Origin: Planktothrix sp. GU0601_MAG3
Lineage (GTDB): Bacteria > Cyanobacteriota > Cyanobacteriia > Cyanobacteriales > Microcoleaceae
Assembly: GCA_035193785.1 (NCBI GenBank)
Contig: CP136572.1
Location: 4,340,578 to 4,404,577, forward strand
Direction: 5' to 3'
Length of the DNA stretch: 64,000 bases
Below are positions 11,682-22,240 of this stretch, one piece after another. Every line of letters starts with the position of its first letter. The first letter of the stretch is position 1. The position numbers were made by a program, and so were the translations under genes. The notes below the pieces were generated by a model. That model saw only the letters and a program-made list of their open reading frames with translations. It did not search any database and was not told where the DNA came from.

Positions 11682-12375
11682 TTAACACCCCGCCCCATCT
11701 TTAAACTGTTTTATCCTTCGACAACAATCTTCTACAGAAGCCCGATTTCTCATGGCTTCCACTAAATCAAAATAAGCCACTTTGTGAGTTTCAATTAATG
11801 TTTTAGCCTGTAATATTGCCCAACGCTCTTTGATTTTAGCTTCACTCAAAGGTCGTTGTAGCTGAGTCCAAATTGCTATAATTTTATCTCTATCTTCCCG
11901 TCCTCCTTCAGCCTTTTTAAATATTAAAGTTTCTGCGGCAATTCCCGCCATCCAAACAGCACAATAACGATCTAAAACCTGAGAAGAAATCTGACCCTGC
12001 TTTAATTGTTCCCATAAAAGTTGATCGGCAAACTGCACCCCACCTTGGGCTTTAAATCCTTGTTTAAAGGCTTCCCAGCCGTTTAAGGCATACCCCTGAA
12101 TGGGAATTTCCATCAAATAGGCTACCAAAAAATGTCCCGCTTCATGGTGTAAAATTCGCTCCCGAGTGGATGCAGAAGTTCCCGCCAACCCATCCACTAA
12201 TAAACTCGCCCCTTGACCTTGAAACTGAAAAACATCTAAGGTAGCAACCCCCAATAAAAAAAAAGTAATCCCCGCCGGAATAAAGGGCGAAATATTTAAT
12301 ACCGGACTTAATAATACCGATATAGTCATACAGAAAACACTAATGGCAATTAGATTTAAACTGGTGGTTTCTCAT
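11682..12375 (-). CDS. Peptidase M41-like Zn protease
   Basis: RILHHEAGHFLVAY HExxH motif and MAGIAAE; ATG at 12375 is one base out of frame. Confidence 0.82.
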
Positions 12376-13253
12376 CAATTTTCCTTTTGGTTTCTGGCCA
12401 TATAAAAAGTTTCTAAACTATGGCGGTCTCCAACAAAACGCCAATGCCAAGGTTCATAACTCACTCCTTGGGGATTATTTTTAGGAAAGGATAACTCAAA
12501 ACTATGAAAAGCGGCATTATCTTTTAACCATTGAAACCCCGGAGTTTCTTCAAAACTTACATTCAAATCCGTAGAGGGTCTGCCCCCATCTCCAATATCG
12601 ATGGCATAACCCGTATGATGTTCACTATAACCCGGAGGAGCGCTAACCTCTGCCCGTTTCGTGGCTACTTGTCCCCGTTGGGCTTTTATTTCAAAAAAGA
12701 TCGTTTCCTGGTCTTTAAGACTGCGAAAAGTGGAAATCGCAACTAAACTGACCCCACTGGCTCTGGCATCCTGTTCCATTTCTTGATAGGCTTTGGCGGC
12801 TGCTTTGCGTAACCGATGTCCCCCATCCGCCGTAATACTTTTTAACTCGGATTCCGGGGCTTCTTGATAGGGGAGATGACCCAATAAAGTATTGGGAGGG
12901 GTTGGGGTGGGGGTGGGGGTGGGGGTGGGGGAAGTCGTTGGCGGGGGAGTTGGAGACAAAGACGCAGAAGCCGACGGCGTAATCACGGGAATTGGAGCTT
13001 GGGCCACGGGAATATCAGACCGAGGAGCCAGAATTCCAAATTGATAATTCATCACTAATGCGGTACAGAAGGCTACCACGGCCAACCCTAGCATTTTCCA
13101 GAATAGCCCCGGCTTTCCAGGGGAGCCAGAGGAAACCACCGGAAGCAGGGGAATATCTCGTATCGCCTCTGGAATATCTTCTGTTAATCCATCAGCTACG
13201 GTTTGGGCTTGTTTCGGTAGACTAGAATTCTTCAACGGTTTGACTCCTGACAT
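12375..13253 (-). CDS. D-Ala-D-Ala carboxypeptidase (VanY/M15B)
   Basis: SAPPGYSEHHTGYAIDI and YEPWHWRFVG; N-terminal TM and PT linker. Confidence 0.92.
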   Translation of the reverse strand: MSGVKPLKNSSLPKQAQTVADGLTEDIPEAIRDIPLLPVVSSGSPGKPGLFWKMLGLAVVAFCTALVMNYQFGILAPRSDIPVAQAPIPVITPSASASLSPTPPPTTSPTPTPTPTPTPPNTLLGHLPYQEAPESELKSITADGGHRLRKAAAKAYQEMEQDARASGVSLVAISTFRSLKDQETIFFEIKAQRGQVATKRAEVSAPPGYSEHHTGYAIDIGDGGRPSTDLNVSFEETPGFQWLKDNAAFHSFELSFPKNNPQGVSYEPWHWRFVGDRHSLETFYMARNQKEN

Positions 13254-13352
13254 CCATCAAAGTCTCAATTTTATTAGATCATCCCCTATTTAGTCATCCA
13301 TCACAAGCAGTTGTCGATGAATAGCCAAGGGTCAACACTTTAACCAATCTCT

Positions 13353-14295
13353 ATGTCTAATTCTGTAAGTCAACTTTTAACGCTTTATCAATGGCTAATT
13401 GGGGGCGTTTTAATCGGTTGGATTTTGGGTCGAAAATTACCTGAGATTGTTCCCTATTATTTAGGTAAAATTTTATATTGGGGTGTGGTTCCGATCGCCA
13501 TTATTTCCTTTTTAAGAAAAGCTGATTTATCCGGTTCGATATGGATTGCTCCCCTAGTGGCTTGGGCTGCTATTTTCCTCGGTGCGGGGTTAGCGGGGAT
13601 AGGGTTATACTGGCAAAGCCGGACGCCAAAGTGGGATATTTTACCCCTAGCTTTGCCCAGTCAAGGGAGTTTTTTATTGGCGGCGATGGTAGGGAATACG
13701 GGATATATTGGTTTCCCTGTAAGTTTAGCATTAGTCGGCCCGGAATATTTCGGTTGGGCAATATTTTATGATGGATTGGGAACGGTGATTGGAGCCTATG
13801 GGTTGGGGGTGGCTTTAGCTGCTCGATTTGGCATGGGAAAACAAGATCCTTGGCAATTAGTTGGAGTGTCATTAACTAATCCCGCTTTAATTAGTATGGT
13901 AATTGGTTTAATGGTTAGGAATATCCCCTTATCTGAGCCGATAGAAACAGGGGTTAAGAGGGATTGCTTGGGGGAGTGTGGCCTTAACTTTAGTATTAAT
14001 GGGAATGCGTTTAAGTCAGCTTAATTCTTGGCATCATTTCCGACCAGCTTCTGTGAGTTTAGCGATTAAAATGTTAATTGTACCTTTAGTTTTAGGTTAT
14101 GGATTAACACTATTGGGATTAAAGGGATCTCCGTTATTGGTTTTGGTTTTACAAATGGCAACTCCTCCGGCTTTTGCCACTTTAGTATTAGCCGAAGCCT
14201 TTAATTTAGATCGAGAATTAGCCGTTACTAATTTAGCTCTGGGTTCTGCACTCCTATTATTAACTTTACCCCTATGGTTGTTTTTATTTGGTTAA
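13353..14295 (+). CDS. AEC family (auxin efflux carrier-like) transporter (frameshift ~13960)
   Basis: GNTGYIGFPV, multi-TM profile, LQMATPPAFATLVLAE. Confidence 0.88.
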
Positions 14296-14951
14296 GAAAG
14301 ATAGGAACGTTCGGCCGTCCAATGGCGGTCGGAAGATTGATAAATTCTCGTATTTTCTAAACCCACAGATTCTATAAAATTAATAATTTCATCTAAAGTA
14401 TAAGCCGCCTTTAAGGAATCTCGAAATAATTTTTTCTGATGATCATTACAATCCAGCGCATATTGTTCAACTAACATATTGAGTTCCGTTTCACTACTGG
14501 GACGAGTTAAATCCCTGAGAAATATTCCCCCTTGAGGTTTTAATAATCGCTGAATTTCTTGAAAAAATAGCAGAGGATCGGTTAAATGGTGAATAATACT
14601 ATTGGAAATCACCATATCAAAGGTAGCATCGGGATAGGGTAACTGCTTGGCGTCGATTTGTTCTAATTTAATTTGCTCCTCTAACCCCGCTTGATTAACA
14701 TTTTGATTGCCAATAAATAGCATATTCGCTGATAAATCAATTCCGGTAATTTGCCATTGCGATCGCCTTTGAACAATTAAAATCGGAATTCTGGCTGTCC
14801 CAGTTCCCGCATCTAATATTAATCCGGTTTCTGGCCCTAATTCTATCGCCATTTCTGCAAATTCTTGATTGACTTGGGTAAAATCCATGGCATCATATTC
14901 GCTGGCTTCTTCCCAAGTATCCATGACTTCCGGTTCCGGGATACGTTCCAT
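14292..14951 (-). CDS. Class I SAM-dependent methyltransferase
   Basis: ILDAGTGTARI and FDMVISNSIIHH. Confidence 0.9.
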   Translation of the reverse strand: MERIPEPEVMDTWEEASEYDAMDFTQVNQEFAEMAIELGPETGLILDAGTGTARIPILIVQRRSQWQITGIDLSANMLFIGNQNVNQAGLEEQIKLEQIDAKQLPYPDATFDMVISNSIIHHLTDPLLFFQEIQRLLKPQGGIFLRDLTRPSSETELNMLVEQYALDCNDHQKKLFRDSLKAAYTLDEIINFIESVGLENTRIYQSSDRHWTAERSYLS

Positions 14952-15012
14952 AACTGTTATTTAGATGAATGTGATCTGGCTGCTTTCATTCCTATTTTAT
15001 AGGATCGGTTTC

Positions 15013-15048
15013 GTTTCCAAACCCCAGATCAAATCAGGTTTGGAAACG
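15013..15048. terminator. Intergenic hairpin, possible terminator
   Basis: GTTTCCAAACC...GGTTTGGAAAC inverted repeat. Confidence 0.45.
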
Positions 15049-15075
15049 GTTGTTAAATTGCTGTTAATTTTCCGG

Positions 15076-16282
15076 TTAATTCTGCTTGATTGATAATAGA
15101 ATCAACTGTCGATTAAAAAGCGATCGCACCCCCTCTAAATCAAAAGAGATTTCAGTTAAAATTTCCCCAACAGTTCGAGGAGATGCTGAATTTTGATCAC
15201 AGGTTTTGAGAAACTCAAATTCCGCATCGGATAAACTGACAATTTGATAATTATAGTCAAATAAACTTTGACTCGGCCAGCCATTCATACAGGGACTGCG
15301 TTCAGGAATAGCAGCTAATAATTCCTGATCATTTGACCATTTATTCAGTGGTAAAGGGGGACGTCCCAGGAAAAATTCATAATGACTAATCTCAGGATCG
15401 AGAAGTTCAATTAAACGATAGCGTTGGCGATCGCTCAATTGACTCGCCCGTTCTAGCAACTCCGGTGAGTCCCCAATTAATCGCTCTAAATTCCAATAAT
15501 TGGGATTAGAAAAACCAATAAATGCCAACCCCGAAGCATCAATTAACTCAAATAAACCATCAATATTGTAGTCAATTTCTTGAGGATGGACATACATATC
15601 AGCAAAACATTCATCCCGCTGATTTTCCAATCCCCAACGTTTAGATTCATAAGTGACTAAGCGATTTTTTTCCGGTAGAGCTTCAAAAATCTGACGACCA
15701 ATTTTTACTCCGTCCTGATAATCTCCCCGTTTTTCTCCTTGTAGAAGGGCGATCGCTTTTTGCATCAACTGAACTTCCCAGCGTCCCAATTCAGCATAGA
15801 CAAAAACGTGCATTAACCCCCCTGGGGCCAACTTTAACGCTAAGGTTTGAATCCCGCGAATCGGATCGGGTAAATGGTGCAAAACCCCAACACAGTTGAT
15901 AAAATCAAACTGTCCTTCCAACTGTCCCGCATCATAGAGACTTAAACGGCGAAATTCCGGGGAGGGAGTTCCGGGGGTAGAAATCCCAGACCGACGACAG
16001 CGTTTCTATGGCCGTTTGGATCGCTCCTTCACTCAGGTCAATTCCGAGAACCGAGGCTTCTGGGTTAAGTATAATTAAATACTCCGTACTCGAACCCGTA
16101 CCGCAGCCCGCATCTAAAATACGGATATCAAGATTTTGGGGCTTCTGACCCGTACAAAAACTATAGGCCACTGGCCAAGACCATCGCCAGTTGTACCCAG
16201 GGGGCGGTTCATCTAGTAGGGGGTCAGGGGGAAAGGGATAGGTGTCATAAAGTCGTTTAACCGCAGAACTAACTTCTTCCAT
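15076..16282 (-). CDS. Class I SAM-dependent methyltransferase (frameshift ~16005)
   Basis: LYDTYPFP, ILDAGCGTG, FDFINCVGVLHH and FADMYVHPQE. Confidence 0.88.
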
Positions 16283-16503
16283 CGTTGTGATCCATTAAAA
16301 AAATATAGTTTCATCCGTCAGGGTAGCATGGGAGGTTACAGAGCTTATTGGCTATTCTTTTAACTTTCTAAAATAGTTCGTTGTTATAGAATTTGCTGCG
16401 ATCAACGCAGAGGAGTTGGAGGGTTTGGTGGAGGTTGGTTTCGGTGAGTTGGTGCGTTGCTATGGCATGATTAAAAGTAGGTCAGTACCGTGAGGTTTTG
16501 TAA

Positions 16504-16749
16504 ATGATGAGGTTTAATGATGTAGTCGAGGTAATTAAAGGTCTTTCTACGGATGAAAAGCAGGAAATTCAACTGTTATTGAACCAATACATCCGTGAAG
16601 AACGCCGTGATGAGATATATGATAACTTCAAGTTAGCGCAGGTAGAACAGCAAAAAGGTGAACTAAAGTTTTCCTCTAATATTAACGAACTAAGACAATT
16701 AATAAAAGCTGTGTTTGTAGATATTGGTAACCATAATCAGGTGTATTAG
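16504..16749 (+). pseudogene. Antitoxin-like ORF fused to the last ~14 aa of a RelE/YafQ-like toxin (deleted TA module)
   Basis: Antitoxin-like body ends FSSNINELRQLI and runs directly into KAVFVDIGNHNQVY, the RelE/YafQ C-terminal DIGxHxxVY motif. Confidence 0.6.
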
Positions 16750-16814
16750 TTATCAGGGTCTGGTGGAATCTTTAGGGCAGTGGTAAGATAGAAAAATAAA
16801 TTCAAGGTTGTTTT

Positions 16815-17039
16815 ATGTCAAATCCTGAATTATTAGCGCAACTGCGGCAGTTATCCCCTGCTGAGAAGGTTGAAATGATGCAGTTTTTAACGACCGAATT
16901 GGCGAAAGAAGAAGGTTTAAAATCATTAGATAATGACGTGGTTTACCGTCTTTGGTCGCCTTATGATTATGGTGACGCTGCTCAGAAATTAATGAGCTTA
17001 TTAGAACAAGAAAAAGCGAAAGAAAATGCGAAATGCTAA
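16815..17039 (+). CDS. Small hypothetical protein, antitoxin-like partner of downstream protease
   Basis: 74 aa with LRQLSPAEKVEMMQFL pattern; overlaps the next ORF. Confidence 0.65.
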   Translation: MSNPELLAQLRQLSPAEKVEMMQFLTTELAKEEGLKSLDNDVVYRLWSPYDYGDAAQKLMSLLEQEKAKENAKC

Positions 17040-17451
17040 ACGATTTTCTTTTATTGAACGCCGGAATCAAGCGGGAGAGGCTAATGTTTTTCCCTGTGTA
17101 CCCATAACTTTAAGCTATCGCGATTGTGTTTTAGAAGTTGTTGGTTTGTTAGATACGGGAGCGAGTCTTAATATCTTACCGCACCATGTTGGTTTAGCGT
17201 TAGGAGCCGTTTGGGAGGAGCAAACACTTTCAATTCCGTTAGCAGGTAATCTTGCGCCAGTGGAAGCAAGGGGTTTAGCTGTTGTGGGACAAATTAGCGA
17301 TTTTCCACCTGTTCGTTTAGCTTTTGCTTGGGCGAAGTCTAACGATCCACCTATTATTTTAGGTCAGTTAAACTTTTTTATGGAGTTTGATGTCTGTTTT
17401 TATCGTTCACAGTTGGCATTTGAAATATGTCCTAAATTTAGGGATAGTTGA
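17026..17451 (+). CDS. Retropepsin-like aspartyl protease
   Basis: LLDTGAS catalytic motif and C-terminal IILGQLNFF. Confidence 0.8.
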   Translation: MRNAKRFSFIERRNQAGEANVFPCVPITLSYRDCVLEVVGLLDTGASLNILPHHVGLALGAVWEEQTLSIPLAGNLAPVEARGLAVVGQISDFPPVRLAFAWAKSNDPPIILGQLNFFMEFDVCFYRSQLAFEICPKFRDS

Positions 17452-17551
17452 GATTATTAGTATTCTCAAACAAAATTGACTCTGTTATTTTGTGTTAGAA
17501 TGCGATCTCTGTGATTTCCGCACCCTACTTTTCCGTTAATTTTAGTCAACA

Positions 17552-17845
17552 TTAAGCCTTTTCTAAAGGCGCCATAGTTAACCCTTCTCGACTTAATTGT
17601 TGATGATATAATTCCGCTTGTTCTTGGGGGCCAACCCATACCGTCGCTTGACCTTCATAATGGATTTGATTAGTTAATTCCCAGGCACTATCGGCTGTCA
17701 TCCCAGGAATATATTTCATCAAACAATTACTAACGTGTTCAAAGGTATTAAAATCATCATTTAAGACAATTACCTTATAATTGGGATAGGTTTGATTAAC
17801 AGTTTGACGAGAGCGAGTGGGTGCAATAGTAGGTGAACTTGCCAT
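17552..17845 (-). CDS. clpS: ATP-dependent Clp protease adaptor ClpS
   Basis: YKVIVLNDDFNTFEHV, IHYEGQA and GLTMAPLE; start placed at MASSPT (alternative 17878). Confidence 0.92.
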   Translation of the reverse strand: MASSPTIAPTRSRQTVNQTYPNYKVIVLNDDFNTFEHVSNCLMKYIPGMTADSAWELTNQIHYEGQATVWVGPQEQAELYHQQLSREGLTMAPLEKA

Positions 17846-18079
17846 CCCTCGAATAGATCCTAAAATTCCTGTGTTCATATCAATAACCCTAATTTCAAAT
17901 GCAATACAAACTAAAGAATAATTTTTTATACTCTCAACCCAAACCTGAATAATTGAGGTTTTTGGCATTGATTTAGAATCATTATACCTTAAAATGAGTA
18001 TTTTGGTTATCAATTGGTTAGAAATGATTTTAAGGACTGGTGATGATCCAGATGCAGTTGCTAATTGAGAAAATGATAC

Positions 18080-18268
18080 ATGGAGAGTAGAAAAATCATC
18101 AAGAAATTACAACAAAATGGATGGTATCAAGTCGGTGTTACTGGCAGTCATTATCATTTTAAACATCCCGTAAAATCGGGTAAAGTTACTGTACCCCATC
18201 CGAAAAGGGATATTCCGATTCAAACCTTAAAAAGTATTGAAAAACAAGCTGGAATTAAATTAACATAA
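18080..18268 (+). CDS. hicA: HicA family toxin
   Basis: LQQNGW...GSHYHFKHP...VTVPHPKRDIP..TLKSI. Confidence 0.92.
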   Translation: MESRKIIKKLQQNGWYQVGVTGSHYHFKHPVKSGKVTVPHPKRDIPIQTLKSIEKQAGIKLT

Positions 18269-18279
18269 AGGAGAAAAAA

Positions 18280-18612
18280 ATGACTTATTATATTGCCACT
18301 GTTCATAAAGATACTGATAGTGATTATGGAGTGCAATTTTATGATTTTCCGGGTTGTATTACTGCCGAAGAAACGATAGAAGCCACACAAATTATAGCTC
18401 AAGAAGCCTTAATAGGTCATATTAATTTAATGGTTGCTGATGGAGATGAAATCCCAGTTCCCAGTTCCCTAGAAACAATTTTAAGCGATAGTGATCATCA
18501 AGATGCGATCGCATTTTTAGTAATTCATATTCCCGATAAAATTTTCAATAGAATTAACACTTCGACTAACAAACAACAACCCTTAAAGTTTGCCAAAAGC
18601 TCCCCAAATTAA
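18280..18612 (+). CDS. hicB: HicB family antitoxin, probably C-terminally truncated
   Basis: YGVQFYDFPGCITA...EAL.GH...DGDEIPVPS; directly follows hicA. Confidence 0.85.
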   Translation: MTYYIATVHKDTDSDYGVQFYDFPGCITAEETIEATQIIAQEALIGHINLMVADGDEIPVPSSLETILSDSDHQDAIAFLVIHIPDKIFNRINTSTNKQQPLKFAKSSPN

Positions 18613-20708
18613 ACCGGAAATCATCCCCCAAATACTACCAATACCAGCCGATACAATCATTGAACCAATTAATAAAGAAGTTGTGCCTGTGGTTGCAGAA
18701 GTATCTAAAAAATTAGCAAAAGTTGTGGCAGCTAAAACCCCTAAACCTGCCCCGGAAATTGCTCCTAAAAAATTCCCCCAAATTGCCCCAATAAATGCTC
18801 CCCTAAATCCCGATAAATTCAAGGATAAGGGTAAACTAGGAGCGCCTCCAACCGTTCCAAATAATCCCCCCGCCAAACTGCCACCAATAGTTCCTACCCC
18901 CGCCGCCACAATAGCCGTCGCCATTATTCTGAGGGCGATTTCCGAGGAATTTGAAGTTGAATTAATATTATAATTAGTCTGTTCAAACTGTTGCCAACCT
19001 ACGGCTAAAATCCCTAATCCAATTCCCCCTAAAGTTCCCAAATATGACCCCCAAACTCCCCCAACAAATGCCCCGCGTCTCCCCCACAACCGTCCAATAT
19101 GGGGTAAGGATAACGGAGGTTTAAATAAATGCCAAACCGCACCCCAAACCATCCCCATTAAAGTCCCCCACATTAAGGTTTGACCAATCAAGGGTTCCCG
19201 TTCCACTACCCCGAAGATTAATCCGGCAATCACCGCAGCCACAAAAACACCCGACCAGCCCCCCACAATTAACGCCACTACTCGGTTTAATCCCCCGGGC
19301 GGAGGGAGATACACACTAATAACTATCCCCAGAAATGCCCCCCACATTGCCCCCACAATTAACCCGCCAATAATCGCTTCTTTCCCCTGGACAAACGCAA
19401 TAATTAGGGCAATAATTGCCGATAAAACCGATGTTCCCCACAGTCCTCCTAACACAACTCCTTCAAATATATTCCCGAATAAATTTTGGAGATAAAAATT
19501 AGGAGCTTGGGGCAAAACTAAGGTTTTTTTTGCCGTTGGTTGAACAAAAATAGGACGGTTTGCCGGAGTGAATAAAGGACGATTATTAACCGGAATAGGT
19601 TTATTATTTAAAACTCGTTTGCGCTTGCGTTTTAGCGGTTGTAAATTCTGTTTTTGTTTGACAGCCATGCGGGAAGGAAAGGGATCGCGCCCCCCTAATT
19701 TTTCCGTGCGATCGCACCAAGGACAATGGCTTAAATGATTGCCATAACGATGTTCTGATTGTTGGGTACAGGTAATTAAATTATCTTCGGCTTCTTTTAA
19801 TACTATTAACCAAGTTTTCGCATCGGGTCTAAGTTGGGGATTTTTATATCCCATTTCAAAACATTGAATAAATAATTGTTGCAGTTTGGGATACAGGATT
19901 TCAAAAGGGGGAGCATAGGGCATGGGTTGATAGGGAACCTGTTTTGTCCCATAGACAAAATGACCCGCCCGCACCCTAGACTCAATGGCTGGAGGGTCGC
20001 CACTGCCCTGATAGACCCCGGAAAAGGGGTGAGTTTTCCCTCCATCAATAACAGAAATATTAATACCGCCAGTCCAAACCGATCCTGTTCTGGGGTGCGG
20101 TTTAAGTCCCGAAAGGCTTGTCCCTGAAGTTCTGGGGGGGTAAATTCGGCTTTTCCCACGGGACAGCGATAAATTAACCCAGTATCGGGATCTCGAACTT
20201 GAAAGGAGTCGGTATCAACCAGGGTTACTAATGCCGTATCACTAACTAAAATATTAGATTCATTAACATCACCAATAATATATCCACTACTATGTAAATC
20301 GGCAATAGAAGCAACTAAATTACGCGCAGTACGATGGAGATATAAATAGTTAAATAAAGGCTTTTGTTCCCGGCGACTTTTGGGGGTATAAAAAATATGA
20401 ATTGGGGTGGCTTTATGCACCCGCGGCATTAAATAACCGATAATTCGGCGCTTGGGGTCGGTGGTATGGAGCAGGTCAACGGGCCAAGCGATCGCCGTCG
20501 TTTCCGGGGAAACCATCGCCGTCGCCGGGGGATAGTTATACATGACGGTGAGTTTTTCGGCGTCTTCGTCGCTGGGTTTATGGTAGATTTTGGCAACTAA
20601 ATTCGGATCTTCTAATATCCCATAGATACGTCCTTCCCCCCCACTCCCTAGAGGGTTGTGGGTGTCAAGCGTGATGGTTTGTCCGTTGAATTGGCGTTGC
20701 AGCCGCAT
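18583..20708 (-). CDS. YegI-like protein kinase with CxxC motif and Gly-rich multi-TM C-terminus (frameshift ~20035)
   Basis: LGSGGEG, AKIYH, GYLMP, IGDVNESNILV, LVDTDSF, FTPPELQ and HCPWC. Confidence 0.85.
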
Positions 20709-20822
20709 AGCAAGTTAGGGGTTGAACCGTTGCACCTGTTGAATCGTATTTCCAGCATAGCGTGTTGGGGAAGGGTTATCCTTTCTTGAGGAGGTAAACT
20801 ACACTCTTGTAAACAGGAGACT

Positions 20823-21133
20823 AAAAAGTAGATCGCAACTTACGCAAAAAGTTACCTGCGTCTTTGCCAATTTTTACACAATTGCTGGCTAATATTAACC
20901 CTGAATTTCAACCCGATCCATCACTAGAAGAATCATTGCGCTGGGCCGATATTATTGAAGCTAAAGATACCCCGATTTTAGCGGCGGCTGTTCTGGCAAA
21001 TGTTGACCGCCTGTTGAGTTTAAATACTAAAGATTTTACTGCTGAAGTTGCTGCACAAAGCGGGTTAATGATTCAAACTCCAGCACAATTTGTTAGAGAA
21101 ATCCGAGAAATTGTGGAAGAAGGTTTGTCGTGA
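20823..21133 (+). pseudogene. 5'-truncated PIN domain (VapC-like) toxin
   Basis: In-frame KVDRNLRKKLP...KDTPILAAA...LLSLNTKDF; the N-terminal catalytic Asp motif is absent. Confidence 0.7.
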
Positions 21134-21213
21134 AAGTGATTTGATAATGATGAGAAAGAAAAAGGCGATCACACTTAGTTTTGTTCGTAAGGGCGATCGC
21201 GCTTTTGAGTAAT

Positions 21214-21675
21214 TCAGTCTAGCCTCCCGAATTTTTCTTCTCGCTCCCTTGCTTCCTGTTCCTTCCTTTTTTTTTCTTCTGCTTTCTCAATTGGTTCTAG
21301 TTTTAACCTTAAAGACTCTATATGATTGAGCCAAGAACCTATGCGAAAGCAAGAGATACTACGCTGGGAATGATTTATCCCATAAAAGTATACTGAAAAA
21401 ACATTGGTGCCAAGAGATCCTAGATTGATGCTGACATCAGCTCCTGTCCTTCCATTATTATGGAGTCTCACATAATGCTCAATCTCAACAGTGTCATCCT
21501 TGTAATTCCACCTATATATTCTTTCGTTATCATCCTCTTCTTCTTCTTCTTTTTTACCAAAACGTCTAGCAAAACTGCGACTGATATTATAAACTTCATA
21601 CAATAGCGATACTTGCCATCCAACTTTTTCATCAAATGTTTCAATTTGTTGCCAGTCGTATTTATTTATTGACAT
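21214..21675 (-). CDS. Hypothetical protein with acidic patch and charged C-terminal helix
   Basis: 153-aa ORF, no motif recognised. Confidence 0.6.
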   Translation of the reverse strand: MSINKYDWQQIETFDEKVGWQVSLLYEVYNISRSFARRFGKKEEEEEDDNERIYRWNYKDDTVEIEHYVRLHNNGRTGADVSINLGSLGTNVFSVYFYGINHSQRSISCFRIGSWLNHIESLRLKLEPIEKAEEKKRKEQEAREREEKFGRLD

Positions 21676-21771
21676 TGTAATATTTTGAGATTTCTTATGT
21701 ATTTTGTACGTGAATAGTTAGGAATAAACATCGCTGTTCAAAATTATATTTACTCCTAAAACTATAGAAAT

Positions 21772-22059
21772 CTATTTCATCAAGAGATTAGGCAGTTTTT
21801 GTCCTATATCCTCGATAACATAATCAGAAAAACTCGAAGCAAAATGCCTACCTCCACTCTTCATTTGGTAGCCAGATTGCCTAGATTGGTTGTTATACCA
21901 ATAATGAACATGGTTATCATCTGGATCTGATTCACTGGCAGGTGCTACAAGAAAGCCTATTACAAGACCTGATGATGTATCAACGTTAAACTTAACTTGA
22001 TATCCAGGCAATTCAGAGTAAGTATTCCAATTTTTTGGCCAAACTCGATCTTTTGCCAT
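21772..22059 (-). CDS. Hypothetical protein
   Basis: 95-aa ORF with GCAGGTG RBS-like sequence upstream. Confidence 0.6.
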   Translation of the reverse strand: MAKDRVWPKNWNTYSELPGYQVKFNVDTSSGLVIGFLVAPASESDPDDNHVHYWYNNQSRQSGYQMKSGGRHFASSFSDYVIEDIGQKLPNLLMK

Positions 22060-22116
22060 AAAACACCTGCTAATTTTTTTTCATGCTAGACCGATCGTAC
22101 CGTCTATGTAAAGCGA

Positions 22117-22206
22117 AAAAAGTTGGAAAAAGTTGGCTCTTCCTAGAATTGCGATCGACAACTGGTATACAAAGCAAAAAAGTTGGAAAAAGTTGAGAAA
22201 AGTTGG
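22117..22206 (+). promoter_or_regulatory. Five helically phased AAAAAGTTGG-like direct repeats in a divergent promoter region
   Basis: Copies start at 22117, 22127, 22177, 22187 and 22197. Confidence 0.6.
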
Positions 22207-22240
22207 TTATAGTAACTACAGTTATCTCACCATCCCACCT

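Noticed and set aside
18590..18973. 127-aa Pro/Ala-rich plus-strand ORF and similar antisense ORFs (e.g. 1649, 33109, 46506, 62832)
   Set aside because: They are shadows of well-supported genes on the opposite strand.
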